Shown in pieces: positions 9,799 through 19,781 of a stretch of 64,000 bases of DNA (positions are counted from its first letter, which is position 1; every line of letters starts with the position of its first letter). The translations under genes were made by a program, and so were the position numbers. The stretch spans positions 4,256,001 through 4,320,000 of the forward strand of contig OZ244960.1 of the NCBI GenBank assembly GCA_965222605.1, given 5' to 3'. Origin of the DNA: Candidatus Latescibacterota bacterium (GTDB taxonomy: Bacteria > Latescibacterota > UBA2968). The notes under the pieces were generated by a model. That model made no database searches. It saw only the letters and a list, made by a program, of their open reading frames with translations, and was not told where the DNA came from.

Positions 9799-10563
9799 AT
9801 GAAATTTAGACCGTGTATTGATTTGAAAGATGGCCGGGTTGTACAAATCGTGGGGGGCACGTTGCGCGATGGGGATACCCAGCGCACGGTGACAAATTTT
9901 GAGACCGAGCGCTCTCCCGCGGATTATGCGCGGCTGTATCGCGAGGACGGATTTTGGGGAGGCCATGTGATTGCGCTTGGCCCGGGCAATGAAGCGGCGG
10001 CGTTGGATGCTCTTAAGGCATTTCCCGGGGGGTTGCACATGGGTGGGGGTATCACGCCGCACAATGCGGAAAAATTTTTGCGCGCGGGCGCGAGCCATGT
10101 GATTGTGACGTCTTATGTTTTTCGCGATGGGCAAATTGATATGACGCGATTGGATGAGATGATACGGGCTGTGGGTAGGGAGCGTTTGGTTCTGGATTTG
10201 AGTTGTCGAAAACGCGGTGATGACTATGTTGTTGTAACGGATCGCTGGCAAAGATTTACGAATGTGACTGTCGGCGAGGAGATATTGAGCGCGTTGGCCG
10301 GTTATTGTGCTGAGTTTTTGGTACACGGGGTTGATGTAGAGGGCAAACGCGCAGGTGTAGAAGAGCCTCTGGTGAAAATGCTGGGAAGATGGTCACCCGT
10401 GCCGGTAACTTATGCAGGTGGGGTGCGAGAGTTATCGGATTTGCACCGCGTCAATGTGCTGGGCCAGGGGCGGGTAGATCTGACTATTGGCAGTGCGCTG
10501 GATATTTTTTGGGGCGATGTGGCATATCGAGATGTTGTGGCATGGGCGAGGGGAGAAGTGTGA
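9799..10563 (+). CDS. hisA: ProFAR isomerase, eukaryote/His6-type
   Basis: MKFRPCIDLKDGRVVQIVGGTL, GASHVIVTSYVF, LVLDLSCR, EFLVHGVDVEG, DLTIGSALDIF. Confidence 0.92.
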   Translation: MKFRPCIDLKDGRVVQIVGGTLRDGDTQRTVTNFETERSPADYARLYREDGFWGGHVIALGPGNEAAALDALKAFPGGLHMGGGITPHNAEKFLRAGASHVIVTSYVFRDGQIDMTRLDEMIRAVGRERLVLDLSCRKRGDDYVVVTDRWQRFTNVTVGEEILSALAGYCAEFLVHGVDVEGKRAGVEEPLVKMLGRWSPVPVTYAGGVRELSDLHRVNVLGQGRVDLTIGSALDIFWGDVAYRDVVAWARGEV

Positions 10564-10573
10564 AGTGTGGGAT

Positions 10574-10618
10574 GGTGTACAACTGGTCGCAGTCCAGACC
10601 AGTTCACGGAGAAGTGAG
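10574..10618 (+). repeat. GG(T/G)GTAC-tagged hairpin repeat, copy A
   Basis: GGTGTAC-AACTGGTC-GCAGTCCA-GACCAGTT-C, followed by a second small hairpin TCAC-GGAGAA-GTGA, between hisA and thiL. Confidence 0.65.
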
Positions 10619-11629
10619 ATGGATCGTTTTAAGGATATCGGAGAGTTCGGTTTTATTGATCGCATTGCCGCGCACGCACAGCGCAATCGGGTTCTGTGTG
10701 GGATTGGAGATGATTGTGCTGTTATGGCAGCCGGGCAGGAGCGCGTGCGATTGGTGACGGTTGATGCGATGGTTGAGGGCATCCACTTTGTGCCGCATGC
10801 ACCGCCAGAAGGCGTGGGGTACAAATTACTGGCTGCGAGTTTGTCCGATATGGCCGCTATGGGTGGGAAACCGACGGATGCTGTTGTGGCGGTTAGCGTG
10901 TCGGGTGATTGTGATGCGGGTTATGTCGAGCGGATTTACAACGGGCTTTTTGTCTGTGCAGATCGGTTTGATGTGGCTGTTGTGGGTGGTGATACAACGC
11001 GCACGTCTGGTGCGCTGGTTTTGAGTTTGACGCTTACAGGTGAGATGGCGCAAGATCAGGTGTGTTATCGGTCTGGCGCGCAAGTGGGTGATGCCGTCTA
11101 TGTATCGGGCACGTTGGGCGATGCTGCGGGTGGTTTGGGGGTGGTATTGAGTGATGTCGATCTGCCGGGCAAGATGCGAACCGCGTTGTTACAAAGGCAT
11201 TATCGACCTGAGCCTCGGTTGGATTTGGGACTGGCGTTGGCGGAAACAGGGGCAGTGACAGCGATGATCGATGTGTCGGATGGGTTGGCTTCGGATTTGA
11301 GCCATATTTGCCAGCAAAGTGGTGTGTCGGCTGTGATTCGAGCAGCGGCGATTCCCATGTCGCGAGCGTTTATAAAATTTTGTGAAGTGAGTGGTGAAGA
11401 GAAATTGGATCTTGCACTCACTGGAGGGGAAGATTTCGAGTTGCTATTTTCTGTGTGTCTCACACAGGTCAATAAGGTGGAGGCATTGGCAGAGGCGTAT
11501 TCGATTTGTCGCATTGGCGAGATTGTGGCTGGCGATGGCTGTGTGATGATAGAAGGTGAGGATGGAAAGCGCGTGCCATTGGAACAGTTGGGTTATGATC
11601 ATTTTGGAGGGGAGTCGCCAGGGGGCTGA
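10619..11629 (+). CDS. thiL: Thiamine-monophosphate kinase
   Basis: Start MDRFKDIGEFGFI; GIGDDCA, SDMAAMGG, GGDT, DVSDGL and GGEDFEL motifs. Confidence 0.95.
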   Translation: MDRFKDIGEFGFIDRIAAHAQRNRVLCGIGDDCAVMAAGQERVRLVTVDAMVEGIHFVPHAPPEGVGYKLLAASLSDMAAMGGKPTDAVVAVSVSGDCDAGYVERIYNGLFVCADRFDVAVVGGDTTRTSGALVLSLTLTGEMAQDQVCYRSGAQVGDAVYVSGTLGDAAGGLGVVLSDVDLPGKMRTALLQRHYRPEPRLDLGLALAETGAVTAMIDVSDGLASDLSHICQQSGVSAVIRAAAIPMSRAFIKFCEVSGEEKLDLALTGGEDFELLFSVCLTQVNKVEALAEAYSICRIGEIVAGDGCVMIEGEDGKRVPLEQLGYDHFGGESPGG

Positions 11630-11632
11630 CCG

Positions 11633-11977
11633 CTAATTGCTGAACGCTGTACGTTGTCGCTGGCGTTTTTTTTCTGAGCGCTGGCGTTTTTTTTCAAGGC
11701 GTTTTTCGATTGAAGATCGGTTGGGGCGGGTTTTAATGCGCGGTTTGCGCTTTTTGTCGCGCTCTTTCAGGCGGTTTTGCAAACGCTCGAGGGCGAGTTG
11801 TTTGTTGCGGTGTTGTGAGCGGTGTTCTGTGGCGATGACTGTAATACCCGTGGGTATGTGGATCGCACGTACGGCGGTTTCAACTTTGTTGCGATGTTGG
11901 CCGCCGGGGCCAGACCCGCGCATGGTTTGAAATCGGACATCCTTCAGGAGCGCGTTGTTGTCGGTGTTTTTAGACAT
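11633..11977 (-). CDS. Peptide chain release factor-like protein (ArfB/YaeJ-like, GGQ)
   Basis: GSGPGGQHRNKVETAVR, RSQHRNK and a highly basic C-terminal tail. Confidence 0.88.
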   Translation of the reverse strand: MSKNTDNNALLKDVRFQTMRGSGPGGQHRNKVETAVRAIHIPTGITVIATEHRSQHRNKQLALERLQNRLKERDKKRKPRIKTRPNRSSIEKRLEKKRQRSEKKRQRQRTAFSN

Positions 11978-11993
11978 TTTGACATAAAAAATA

Positions 11994-12043
11994 AGCGGTC
12001 AGTTTTTAACGATCACCCAACGAGTGGCGCAAAACTGACCGCT
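11994..12043. terminator. Stem-loop downstream of the S1-domain gene
   Basis: Inverted repeat AGCGGTCAGTTTT ... AAAACTGACCGCT. Confidence 0.5.
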
Positions 12044-12060
12044 GAATTTTAACAGTTTAC

Positions 12061-13338
12061 TCAGGCCAGTCCTGCACGGCGAAGGGCGTCTGTCATGGCA
12101 TTATCGCTTTGAGACTCTTGCGTTTGCTTGGACTTAAATGCGGCCATGTCCTCAACTTCGGCGGTTTGCCTATCTTGTTCTTCAACGGCACGCATGGAGA
12201 GTGAGATGCGTTTTTTTCTCGAATCGATTTCGCGGATCAAGGTTTTGACTTCTTGGCCGACTGAAACGACTTCGCTGGGGTTTGAGATGCGTTTTCCCGA
12301 AACGAACTGCGAGATGTGGATCAGCCCCTCAATACCGGGTTCAATTTCGACAAAGGCACCGAAATTTTGGATTGAAACGACTTTGCCCGTGATGACGCTG
12401 CCTTCTCGGTAGCGCTCTGCTACCGTATCCCATGGATCTTTTTCCAGTGCTTTGATGGAGAGCGATATGCGCTCATTTTTTTTGCCCAGATTTTTGAGGC
12501 CGATTATTTTGACGCGCACTTCTTCGCCTTTTTTTAAGACACTGCGCGGATTTTCTACGCGGGTGTGGCTGATTTCTGAGACGTGTACCAGGCCTTCAAC
12601 ACCTCCCAAGTCAACAAAAGAGCCAAAGCGTTCTATGCGTGTAATAGTTCCCGTTCTTTCTTCACCTTCTGAGAGTTGTTGGCGCATCTCGTCGGCTTTT
12701 TTGCGATTTTCTTCTTCCAGATAAGCGCGGCGTGAAACAACGACATTGTTGCGTCCCCGCAGTTCAACAATTTTGAAGTTGTGGGTCTGGCCCGCATACG
12801 AAGCCGGGTCATTGCAATATCCCGTGTCAATTTGCGACATGGGGCAAAATGCGCGAAGGCCGCCGATATTCACCACGAGGCCTCCGGTATTGAAGCCGGT
12901 GACTTTGCCAGCGATGGGCATGTCGTTTTGATGTGCGTGACGCAGGAGTTGACGGCTGGAAACGCGCAACGAAAATGTCAGGCGTATTTCGCTATCAGTG
13001 CTGGCGACAAAGGCTTCGATGGTATCGCCAGTCTTGTATTTTAATTCGCCCGATTTGTCGCGCAGTTCTTGGATGTCTATTGATGCTTCACTGCGGCCAC
13101 CAAAGTCGATAAATGCTGTGGATTCACCAATTTCGCGGAGGGTTCCAGAGACTTTTTCGCCGGTAGAGACTTCGCGATAACTCCGCTTATCGCTTTCTTC
13201 GAGCAGTGTAGCAAATTCGGCATTAGGTGTGTCTTCGGCGTATTTTTTGTCGAGTTCTTCGACAGTGGGCGCGTCGTCTGAAGGGGCTTGGGCTGGTGTA
13301 TCGCCAGCCGTTTTGCCTGTTTTTTCGAGGGTGCTCAT
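12061..13338 (-). CDS. Ribosomal protein S1-like protein (four S1 domains)
   Basis: Start MSTLEK; repeated S1 motifs (FGSFVDLGGVEGLVHVSEIS, FGAFVEIEPGIEGLIHISQ). Confidence 0.88.
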   Translation of the reverse strand: MSTLEKTGKTAGDTPAQAPSDDAPTVEELDKKYAEDTPNAEFATLLEESDKRSYREVSTGEKVSGTLREIGESTAFIDFGGRSEASIDIQELRDKSGELKYKTGDTIEAFVASTDSEIRLTFSLRVSSRQLLRHAHQNDMPIAGKVTGFNTGGLVVNIGGLRAFCPMSQIDTGYCNDPASYAGQTHNFKIVELRGRNNVVVSRRAYLEEENRKKADEMRQQLSEGEERTGTITRIERFGSFVDLGGVEGLVHVSEISHTRVENPRSVLKKGEEVRVKIIGLKNLGKKNERISLSIKALEKDPWDTVAERYREGSVITGKVVSIQNFGAFVEIEPGIEGLIHISQFVSGKRISNPSEVVSVGQEVKTLIREIDSRKKRISLSMRAVEEQDRQTAEVEDMAAFKSKQTQESQSDNAMTDALRRAGLA

Positions 13339-13536
13339 AGTTTGTGACCTGTGGAATCGTTTTTGAGGGATGGGGGCTGTTAGATAGACTAAAGAATCTA
13401 TAAAGGATACCGAAAATAAGCAACCAAATTTTTCCTTCTCAGGTATAAATTTAGTGCCTACTCCGATCATGTGCTTAAAAAAAAGTGACAGTTTGACGTG
13501 TGTGATGTGTTATAAAAATAAAGCGATGAGTTGTCT

Positions 13537-13809
13537 ATGAATGTCGAAATATTATATGAAAAATACGGCCCCATGGTGTTGCGGCGCTGTCGGCGGTTAC
13601 TACGAGATGAAGATCGCGCCATGGATGCCATGCAGGATGTGTTTGTGCGGGTATTGCAACGCCGGGATCGTCTAAAAGCGACCTATCCGTCGAGTTTGCT
13701 GTATCGCATTGCGACCAGTGTGTGTTTGAATCGCATTCGCGATCAGCGGCTCGTTCTGCCGGGCGATGACGTGTTGATGCATATTGCAGGGGTGAAAGAC
13801 AAGGTGTAA
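13537..13809 (+). pseudogene. Truncated ECF sigma factor (region 2 only)
   Basis: LYEKYGPMVLRRC...AMDAMQDVF...LLYRIATSVCLN; stops at about 90 aa with no region 4. Confidence 0.8.
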
Positions 13810-14207
13810 AGCCGGACTTGTTGCTGTATCGAAAAAGAGCGTCTGAGATTGAACAATTGGCGGATAGCAGTGTGGCTTATGCGGGCGATTTGATTCAAGT
13901 TTTTTATCGCGCGGCGGGCAAGCCTTTTGGGGTGATTTTGTCTGTGGATGGGCGCGGTACTGTGACGCGGCATTTGCCCGCATCGGGAACAAGAGCCGTG
14001 CGTTTGATACAGGGCGATCCCGTGCCTCTGGATTATTCTTATGAATTGGATGATGCCCCAAAGTGGGAACGTTTTTATTTTTTAACAGCAAGTACGTCTT
14101 TTGACATGCGCGATGTGACACAAGCGGCAAAGGACGGTCTCGATTCATTGCGGGTGGGAAGAGAATTTGAGCAGTTTGCCATTACGCTTTATAAGGGAGG
14201 TGAGTGA
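13800..14207 (+). pseudogene. C-terminal fragment of a putative anti-sigma (ActD-like) protein
   Basis: Frame reads (Q)GVKPDLLLYRK...GDLIQVFY...VILSVDGRGTVTRHLP...SYELDDAPKWERF; no RBS, N-terminus or TM segment. Confidence 0.65.
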
Positions 14208-15784
14208 TGTTGCGTCAATGGAGAGTGCTGTTGGTGTTCGGTTTGCTGTTATGTGCCCAGGGAATTGAGGCAACTCAAGTTGTGCGGCGTTTTGTGCTGG
14301 CGGTGGGTGCAAATTTTGGTGGAGAGAAACGCACGCCTCTGCGTTATGCCGTATCGGATGCAAAACATTTTGCTCGTGTTTTAGAGATGATGGGTGGCGT
14401 TGACTCTGAGGATCAATTTTTGTTGGCTGAGCCGAGTTTGGGAAATTTTAAACGGGTTTTGACTAATTTGGAGGCCCGGGTCATAAAAGCATCCCAGTCG
14501 TCAAGTCGCATCGAAGTTGTCCTATATTATTCCGGGCACGCCGATGAGAATGGATTGCTGTTGGGAGAAGATCGGCTGACCTATCGCGCTTTGCGCGATG
14601 CAATGAATAGCGTTCAGGCGGATGTGCATATTACTGTGCTCGATGCGTGTGCTTCGGGCGCTATTACGCGTCTGAAAGGCGGGCAAAGGCAAAAAGCCTT
14701 TATGGTCGATGCGTCGTCGGATATGCGGGGGTATGCGTTTTTGACTTCGAGTTCCGAAAATGAAGCTGCACAAGAATCGGATCGCATTCGCGGGTCGTTT
14801 TTTACGCATTATCTGGTGTCGGGTCTGCGAGGTGCAGCAGATGTGACTGGGGATGGCAAGGTGACACTCAGCGAAGCTTATGCGTTTGCATTTCGCAATA
14901 CGTTGAAGCGAACGGAAAAAACCCAGGGAGGGGCACAGCATCCGGCTTATGATATTAAAATGACGGGTACAGGTGATGTGGTGATGACCGATATGAGAGA
15001 GACCTCGGCGAGTTTGATTCTGTCAGATGAGTTAAATGGTCGATTTTTTGTGCGCAATTCGCAGGAGCAACTGGTGGCAGAGTTGGATAAGACTGCCGGG
15101 CAAACACTCGAGTTGGGATTAGAACCCGAGGTTTATGACATTCATTTTGAACAGCGAACACAATTGTTGCATTCAAAGGTCGCGTTGCAAAAGGGTGAGC
15201 GGTTTTTGCTTGAAAATCGGCATTTTCGCTCTCAAGTGCGCGAAAAAACCACGAGCCGAGGGCCTGCGTTGAAGAAACCAGCAGCCGGGAAATCTGTTCG
15301 ACCTCGCTATCCGCACAAGCTATCGGGAAAAGGGCGTATTGAACGCAGCAGGGGCGTATGGAACTTGGGAGATGATAGCAAAGCCTGGATTTTTGGATTC
15401 TGGCCCACAGAACATGTTGCGATCAACTATTCTCGTTCGGGATTTTCGTTTGCTGACTTGGCCGACGACGCAAAAACAGGTGTGTCATCGGAACTGGTCA
15501 GCCTGCGTATTTATATGCCTTTGACTGTGTTGCGCTCACCTCTGCGCCCTTATGCCGAAGGGGGCGTTGGTCGGTACACGGGTAAAGTATTGGATGTGGA
15601 TGTCGATGAGGTGAATGGATTGTATTGGGGGGGTGGACTGGATGTGCCGTTTATGAAGTTTTTTGTTCTGGGTGGACGCATAGGCTATAATCGGTTTTTC
15701 GAGCCTTTTGCTGTGCCGGTGAATGGGCAAACGGATTATAGCGGGATGGAGTACAGCGTGGGGTTGGGTTTGCTGTTATTCTGA
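14204..15784 (+). CDS. Secreted caspase-like (peptidase C14) protein with a C-terminal outer-membrane beta-barrel-like domain
   Basis: Signal peptide; YYSGHA and LDACASG catalytic dyad; amphipathic beta-strands ending YSVGLGLLLF. Confidence 0.85.
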   Translation: MMLRQWRVLLVFGLLLCAQGIEATQVVRRFVLAVGANFGGEKRTPLRYAVSDAKHFARVLEMMGGVDSEDQFLLAEPSLGNFKRVLTNLEARVIKASQSSSRIEVVLYYSGHADENGLLLGEDRLTYRALRDAMNSVQADVHITVLDACASGAITRLKGGQRQKAFMVDASSDMRGYAFLTSSSENEAAQESDRIRGSFFTHYLVSGLRGAADVTGDGKVTLSEAYAFAFRNTLKRTEKTQGGAQHPAYDIKMTGTGDVVMTDMRETSASLILSDELNGRFFVRNSQEQLVAELDKTAGQTLELGLEPEVYDIHFEQRTQLLHSKVALQKGERFLLENRHFRSQVREKTTSRGPALKKPAAGKSVRPRYPHKLSGKGRIERSRGVWNLGDDSKAWIFGFWPTEHVAINYSRSGFSFADLADDAKTGVSSELVSLRIYMPLTVLRSPLRPYAEGGVGRYTGKVLDVDVDEVNGLYWGGGLDVPFMKFFVLGGRIGYNRFFEPFAVPVNGQTDYSGMEYSVGLGLLLF

Positions 15785-15796
15785 TCGGAGGGGAAT

Positions 15797-17473
15797 ATGT
15801 ACCGAATGATTTTGTACGCGATTGTAATTTGTTTTTTTATTTCTGAAATCGCGAATGCACAACAAGATATTACCAATCATTTGGGTTATGTGGAGGTTGA
15901 GGCACTGGATGTGTTCGAGTCCAAAGATGTCAATGTGGATGTGTCTATTGGACAATTGATGTTGAAGCAGGTCGCTGAAAGGGTCAGAAGTAAAAATAAA
16001 AAAGTTGGTGAAGTCTTATCAGATCTGAAGCTGGTGCGCGTGCATGTTCTGTCGGTTGATGCGATTGCAATGCGTATGGACAAAATTGCGCGATATTTAG
16101 ATGAGATGGGTTGGGAGATAACCGTTCAGTCATGGAAAAAACGCGAGCGCGTATCGGTGTATTTGCAGAAGGAAGCGGATGATATTATTGGTCTGTTTGC
16201 AATGGTCTATGATCGCAAGGCTGGCACTTTAACGCTGGTCAATGTGGTAGGCGTTGTTAAAATTGATAAAATAGGAACTGTTGGTCGAGAATTAGAGGTG
16301 GAGGCGTTTGATCGCATTGCCCGTTTATTGCCCGGATATAAACCGTCTGTCTCTAACGTACACCACCGCCTGGGTTCCCGGAAGGCGCGTATCGCTCCAT
16401 TTTCGAATATTTGGCGCATAGATCATGAGGATTTTTTGGTGCGTTACAATCGAGTGGCTGGCGTTTTTGTTGGCTGGCGCTTGCCATTGAAATATCGCAC
16501 CTCGCGCGGCGTGGTTCACTATGGCGAAGTGGGGTATGGATTTGGGAGTAATCAATGGGATTATCAGGCTGGTGCAGAGTTTTTTACTTTTTCTGGTGCA
16601 TCAAAGGGCAACATAGCTGCGCTGGGTTTTGAACTGCACGGGTTGACAAATACGCAGGATAATTGGCGAATTGATGAGATAGAAAATTCGATTTTTGCCT
16701 TTTTGTTGCGACGCGATTTTAGAGACTATTATCGTCGGGAGGGCGTCAGCACTTATATTTTTCGGGATTTTGACCGCATGGTAGAGGTTCGGGCACAAGT
16801 AGGTGTAGATGTTTTCGAATCGATGCCCAATAGTGTTTCCTGGAATCTGTTTGGCGATCGATGGGGCAGTCGAATGGATTTTCGACCCAATCCTGAGATT
16901 GAAGCCGGGCAAATGCGCGGTGTAATGGGCACACTACAGTTGGATAGCCGTGCAGGCCGACGGTCTCGGCAGGGCTGGCTTTTAATGGCACAGGCAGAGA
17001 AAGCAGGCAGTGTTTTGGGAGGCGATTTTGATTTTGAAAGGTTTATCCTGGATGTGCGCCGCTATCAGTATGCGGGGCGTGGAACCCAATTGAATTTGCG
17101 TATTCGCGCGGGCACTGGACGAGGACAGGTTCCCGTGCAATTTTTCTATCGTCTCGGAGGCCCTTCTTCGCTTAGAGGTTATGAACTGAATGCTTATGAG
17201 GGAGATCGCATGGTGTTGTTTAATGCGATTTATTGGGTTGATGGCGAAGCCCATTTTAGGGATGACTGGCCCCTGAATGATGTTGGCATTGGTGTATTTT
17301 TTGATGCAGGTAAGGCGTGGTTTGCAGAAAGAGAGCCTGTTGGAACACGGGTTGTAACGAGTGCGGGATTTGGTTTAAAGACCGATAATTTGCGCGTGTT
17401 TTTTGCCCGGTCACTGGATGCGAATGATCCTGTCGATTGGCGGGTGTGGGTGCGGTTGCGCCGGGCATTTTAG
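15797..17473 (+). CDS. DUF4252-like domain fused to an Omp85/BamA-TamA-type beta-barrel
   Basis: Signal peptide, RYNRVAG, LGGPSSLRGY, FFDAGKAW and a terminal Phe. Confidence 0.7.
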   Translation: MYRMILYAIVICFFISEIANAQQDITNHLGYVEVEALDVFESKDVNVDVSIGQLMLKQVAERVRSKNKKVGEVLSDLKLVRVHVLSVDAIAMRMDKIARYLDEMGWEITVQSWKKRERVSVYLQKEADDIIGLFAMVYDRKAGTLTLVNVVGVVKIDKIGTVGRELEVEAFDRIARLLPGYKPSVSNVHHRLGSRKARIAPFSNIWRIDHEDFLVRYNRVAGVFVGWRLPLKYRTSRGVVHYGEVGYGFGSNQWDYQAGAEFFTFSGASKGNIAALGFELHGLTNTQDNWRIDEIENSIFAFLLRRDFRDYYRREGVSTYIFRDFDRMVEVRAQVGVDVFESMPNSVSWNLFGDRWGSRMDFRPNPEIEAGQMRGVMGTLQLDSRAGRRSRQGWLLMAQAEKAGSVLGGDFDFERFILDVRRYQYAGRGTQLNLRIRAGTGRGQVPVQFFYRLGGPSSLRGYELNAYEGDRMVLFNAIYWVDGEAHFRDDWPLNDVGIGVFFDAGKAWFAEREPVGTRVVTSAGFGLKTDNLRVFFARSLDANDPVDWRVWVRLRRAF

Positions 17474-17519
17474 ATCACGGCACAGATGAGGAGAGAGATC
17501 TAAAGGAAGGAGAATCGCA

Positions 17520-18374
17520 ATGATCTATCGCGTTTTGGTTTTTTTTGTCATTTTTTTTATAACGGGATGTCATATTGATATCGATATAAGTGATAGCAAT
17601 CCAACGCTGTCTTCAAGAGAGCGATATACTGAAAATTTGACACGGATAGTGGATGGCATTGGCGTTGATCGGGTTGTTGCAGAGACGAGCAATGGTAATA
17701 TTGGCGTGGCTGGGACGAGCGATGGAGTTGTGCGCGTTCAGATTCGAAAGGTTGTCAGAGCGCCGAGTTTGTCAGAGGCAGAGGACTATGCTCGAGATGT
17801 ACAGGTATTTGTCGAAAGAAAGGGAAGTATGATCCACATTCACAACGAGCATCCGCGTTTTCCCAGAGATGTTCAGGTGGAAGTGAGTTACGATATTTTA
17901 TGCCCGGCTCGGTTGGATATAAATCTCAGGACATCAAATGGCAATATCGAGATTCAAGATGTGGAAGCGGTTGCGCTGGTGAAGACAACAAATGGCAATG
18001 TGCAATTTCGGGGCAATCCCGGATATCTTGAAATCAAGACCTCAAATGGGAATATTCGGGCATCTGTGATTCAGTTGCGCGATGTGGCGCAATTTGAGAC
18101 CACAAATGGAATGGTCGCCGTGGTTGTGCATAGTGGCATTGCTCCTATTTCAGCTGTTACGACCAATGGCTCTATTGACGTGACGCTACCAGCTGATTTT
18201 TCGGGAAAATTGGAGGCGCGTACAGTAAATGGTCGAGCGCGATCTGCTTTTGACATTCCACGGTCCGCGGGTAGCCGTCAAAATAGGCTTTCTGGTACTC
18301 TGGGTTCAGGCGGCGATACACTTGTGCAACTGCGTGCGGTAAATGGAAATGTGAGCGTGTGGAAATTGCAGTAA
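17520..18374 (+). CDS. DUF4097 beta-strand repeat lipoprotein
   Basis: Lipobox ITGC; repeated TSNG/TTNG motifs. Confidence 0.85.
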   Translation: MIYRVLVFFVIFFITGCHIDIDISDSNPTLSSRERYTENLTRIVDGIGVDRVVAETSNGNIGVAGTSDGVVRVQIRKVVRAPSLSEAEDYARDVQVFVERKGSMIHIHNEHPRFPRDVQVEVSYDILCPARLDINLRTSNGNIEIQDVEAVALVKTTNGNVQFRGNPGYLEIKTSNGNIRASVIQLRDVAQFETTNGMVAVVVHSGIAPISAVTTNGSIDVTLPADFSGKLEARTVNGRARSAFDIPRSAGSRQNRLSGTLGSGGDTLVQLRAVNGNVSVWKLQ

Positions 18375-18620
18375 AGGCGGGGTGACGATATGTTATTAGC
18401 GCATACCGGCATTAACGCTAATAAGCATCATTCTTGTTTTCAAATGTGAAAATGAGAGGGCGCAGGGGATAATCTATCAATTGCGCGATGCAATTAGAGG
18501 GTTAAAAGCAGGTTGCTGGCACTCGTTTCTTGCGTTTTTATATGGTCTAATTTAGATTTTACGCATAAGTTTTAATAAATGTGCGGCTTATTAAGTTATG
18601 CTTAACAAGGATGCTTCTCT

Positions 18621-19781
18621 ATGAAACGCGGCGAGACCGGACGATACGAAACTACGACCATTGTTGGTGAGACAGTACGAGCTTTTGTACCCGCCCGCCT
18701 GCCGCCCAAGCCCGCGCTGGATTTGGCAGTCCTACAAAGCCCCCTGGAGAAGGCGTTGCTGGCACTGGGTCGTTTGGATAGCCTTGCCGTATTGCTGCCC
18801 GACACCCACCTTTTTCTTTATACCTATATCCGCAAGGAAGCCGTGCTGTCCTCTCAAATTGAGGGCACCCTGTCTTCGTTATCGGATTTTTTATTGTCCG
18901 AGTTAAAAGAGTTGCCAGGCACACCGCTTGACGATGTCATTGAGGTCTCGAATTATGTGGCGGCACTGGAGCACGGATTACACCGAATGCGCGAAGGGTT
19001 CCCGCTTTGCAATCGCCTCATCCGCGAAATCCATGCCGAGTTACTCTCACAGGGACGCGGCAGCGACAAAACACCGGGTGAGTTTCGGCACTCGCAAAAC
19101 TGGATAGGCGGCAGTCGTCCCGGAACCGCACGCTTCGTACCCCCCCCAGCACACGCCGTTCCCGATTGTATGTCGGATTTGGAGCGTTTTATCCATACAC
19201 GGGATTTAGGGGTGTCTGCGCTCCTGCGGGCGGGACTCGCTCATGTCCAATTCGAGACCATCCACCCTTTTCTCGACGGCAATGGACGGGTCGGCCGCCT
19301 GCTGATCACGTTCATGCTGTGTCACGACGGGGTACTGCGCGAGCCGTTGCTGTATTTGAGTCTCTATTTCAAACAATATCGAGAGAGCTATTACGCGCTC
19401 CTGAATGATGTGCGGCAAAACGGCGACTGGGAAGCGTGGCTATCGTTCTTTCTCGATGGCGTGACCCAAACCGCAGAGGGGGCTGTTCAGACCGCGCAGC
19501 GGTTGCTATCCCTGTTCCAGGAAGATCAGGCGAGATTACAACAGACGGGCCGTGCGGCGGGTTCGGCATTGCGCGTTCACCAGGTGTTGCAGGAGCGCCC
19601 AATAGCATCACTCCAAGAGCTTGCCAATCGTGCGGAACTTTCGTTTCCTGCGGTTACCGCTGGGATGCAGATACTCGAAAAACTCGGCGTGGCACGCGAA
19701 TTGACGAACAAAAAGCGGAATCGGCTTTTCGGCTATGATCAATACCTCGCCATTCTCGGTGAGGGCACCGAAGTGCCGTGA
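18621..19781 (+). CDS. Fic family protein
   Basis: EAVLSSQIEG and the canonical HPFLDGNGRVGR motif; C-terminal HTH-like region. Confidence 0.95.
   Translation: MKRGETGRYETTTIVGETVRAFVPARLPPKPALDLAVLQSPLEKALLALGRLDSLAVLLPDTHLFLYTYIRKEAVLSSQIEGTLSSLSDFLLSELKELPGTPLDDVIEVSNYVAALEHGLHRMREGFPLCNRLIREIHAELLSQGRGSDKTPGEFRHSQNWIGGSRPGTARFVPPPAHAVPDCMSDLERFIHTRDLGVSALLRAGLAHVQFETIHPFLDGNGRVGRLLITFMLCHDGVLREPLLYLSLYFKQYRESYYALLNDVRQNGDWEAWLSFFLDGVTQTAEGAVQTAQRLLSLFQEDQARLQQTGRAAGSALRVHQVLQERPIASLQELANRAELSFPAVTAGMQILEKLGVARELTNKKRNRLFGYDQYLAILGEGTEVP

Noticed and set aside
9673-10326. N-terminal extension of the 590-aa aminopeptidase ORF
   Set aside because: It is the antisense shadow of hisA; the M29 homology starts at MQDPRLEK (9672).
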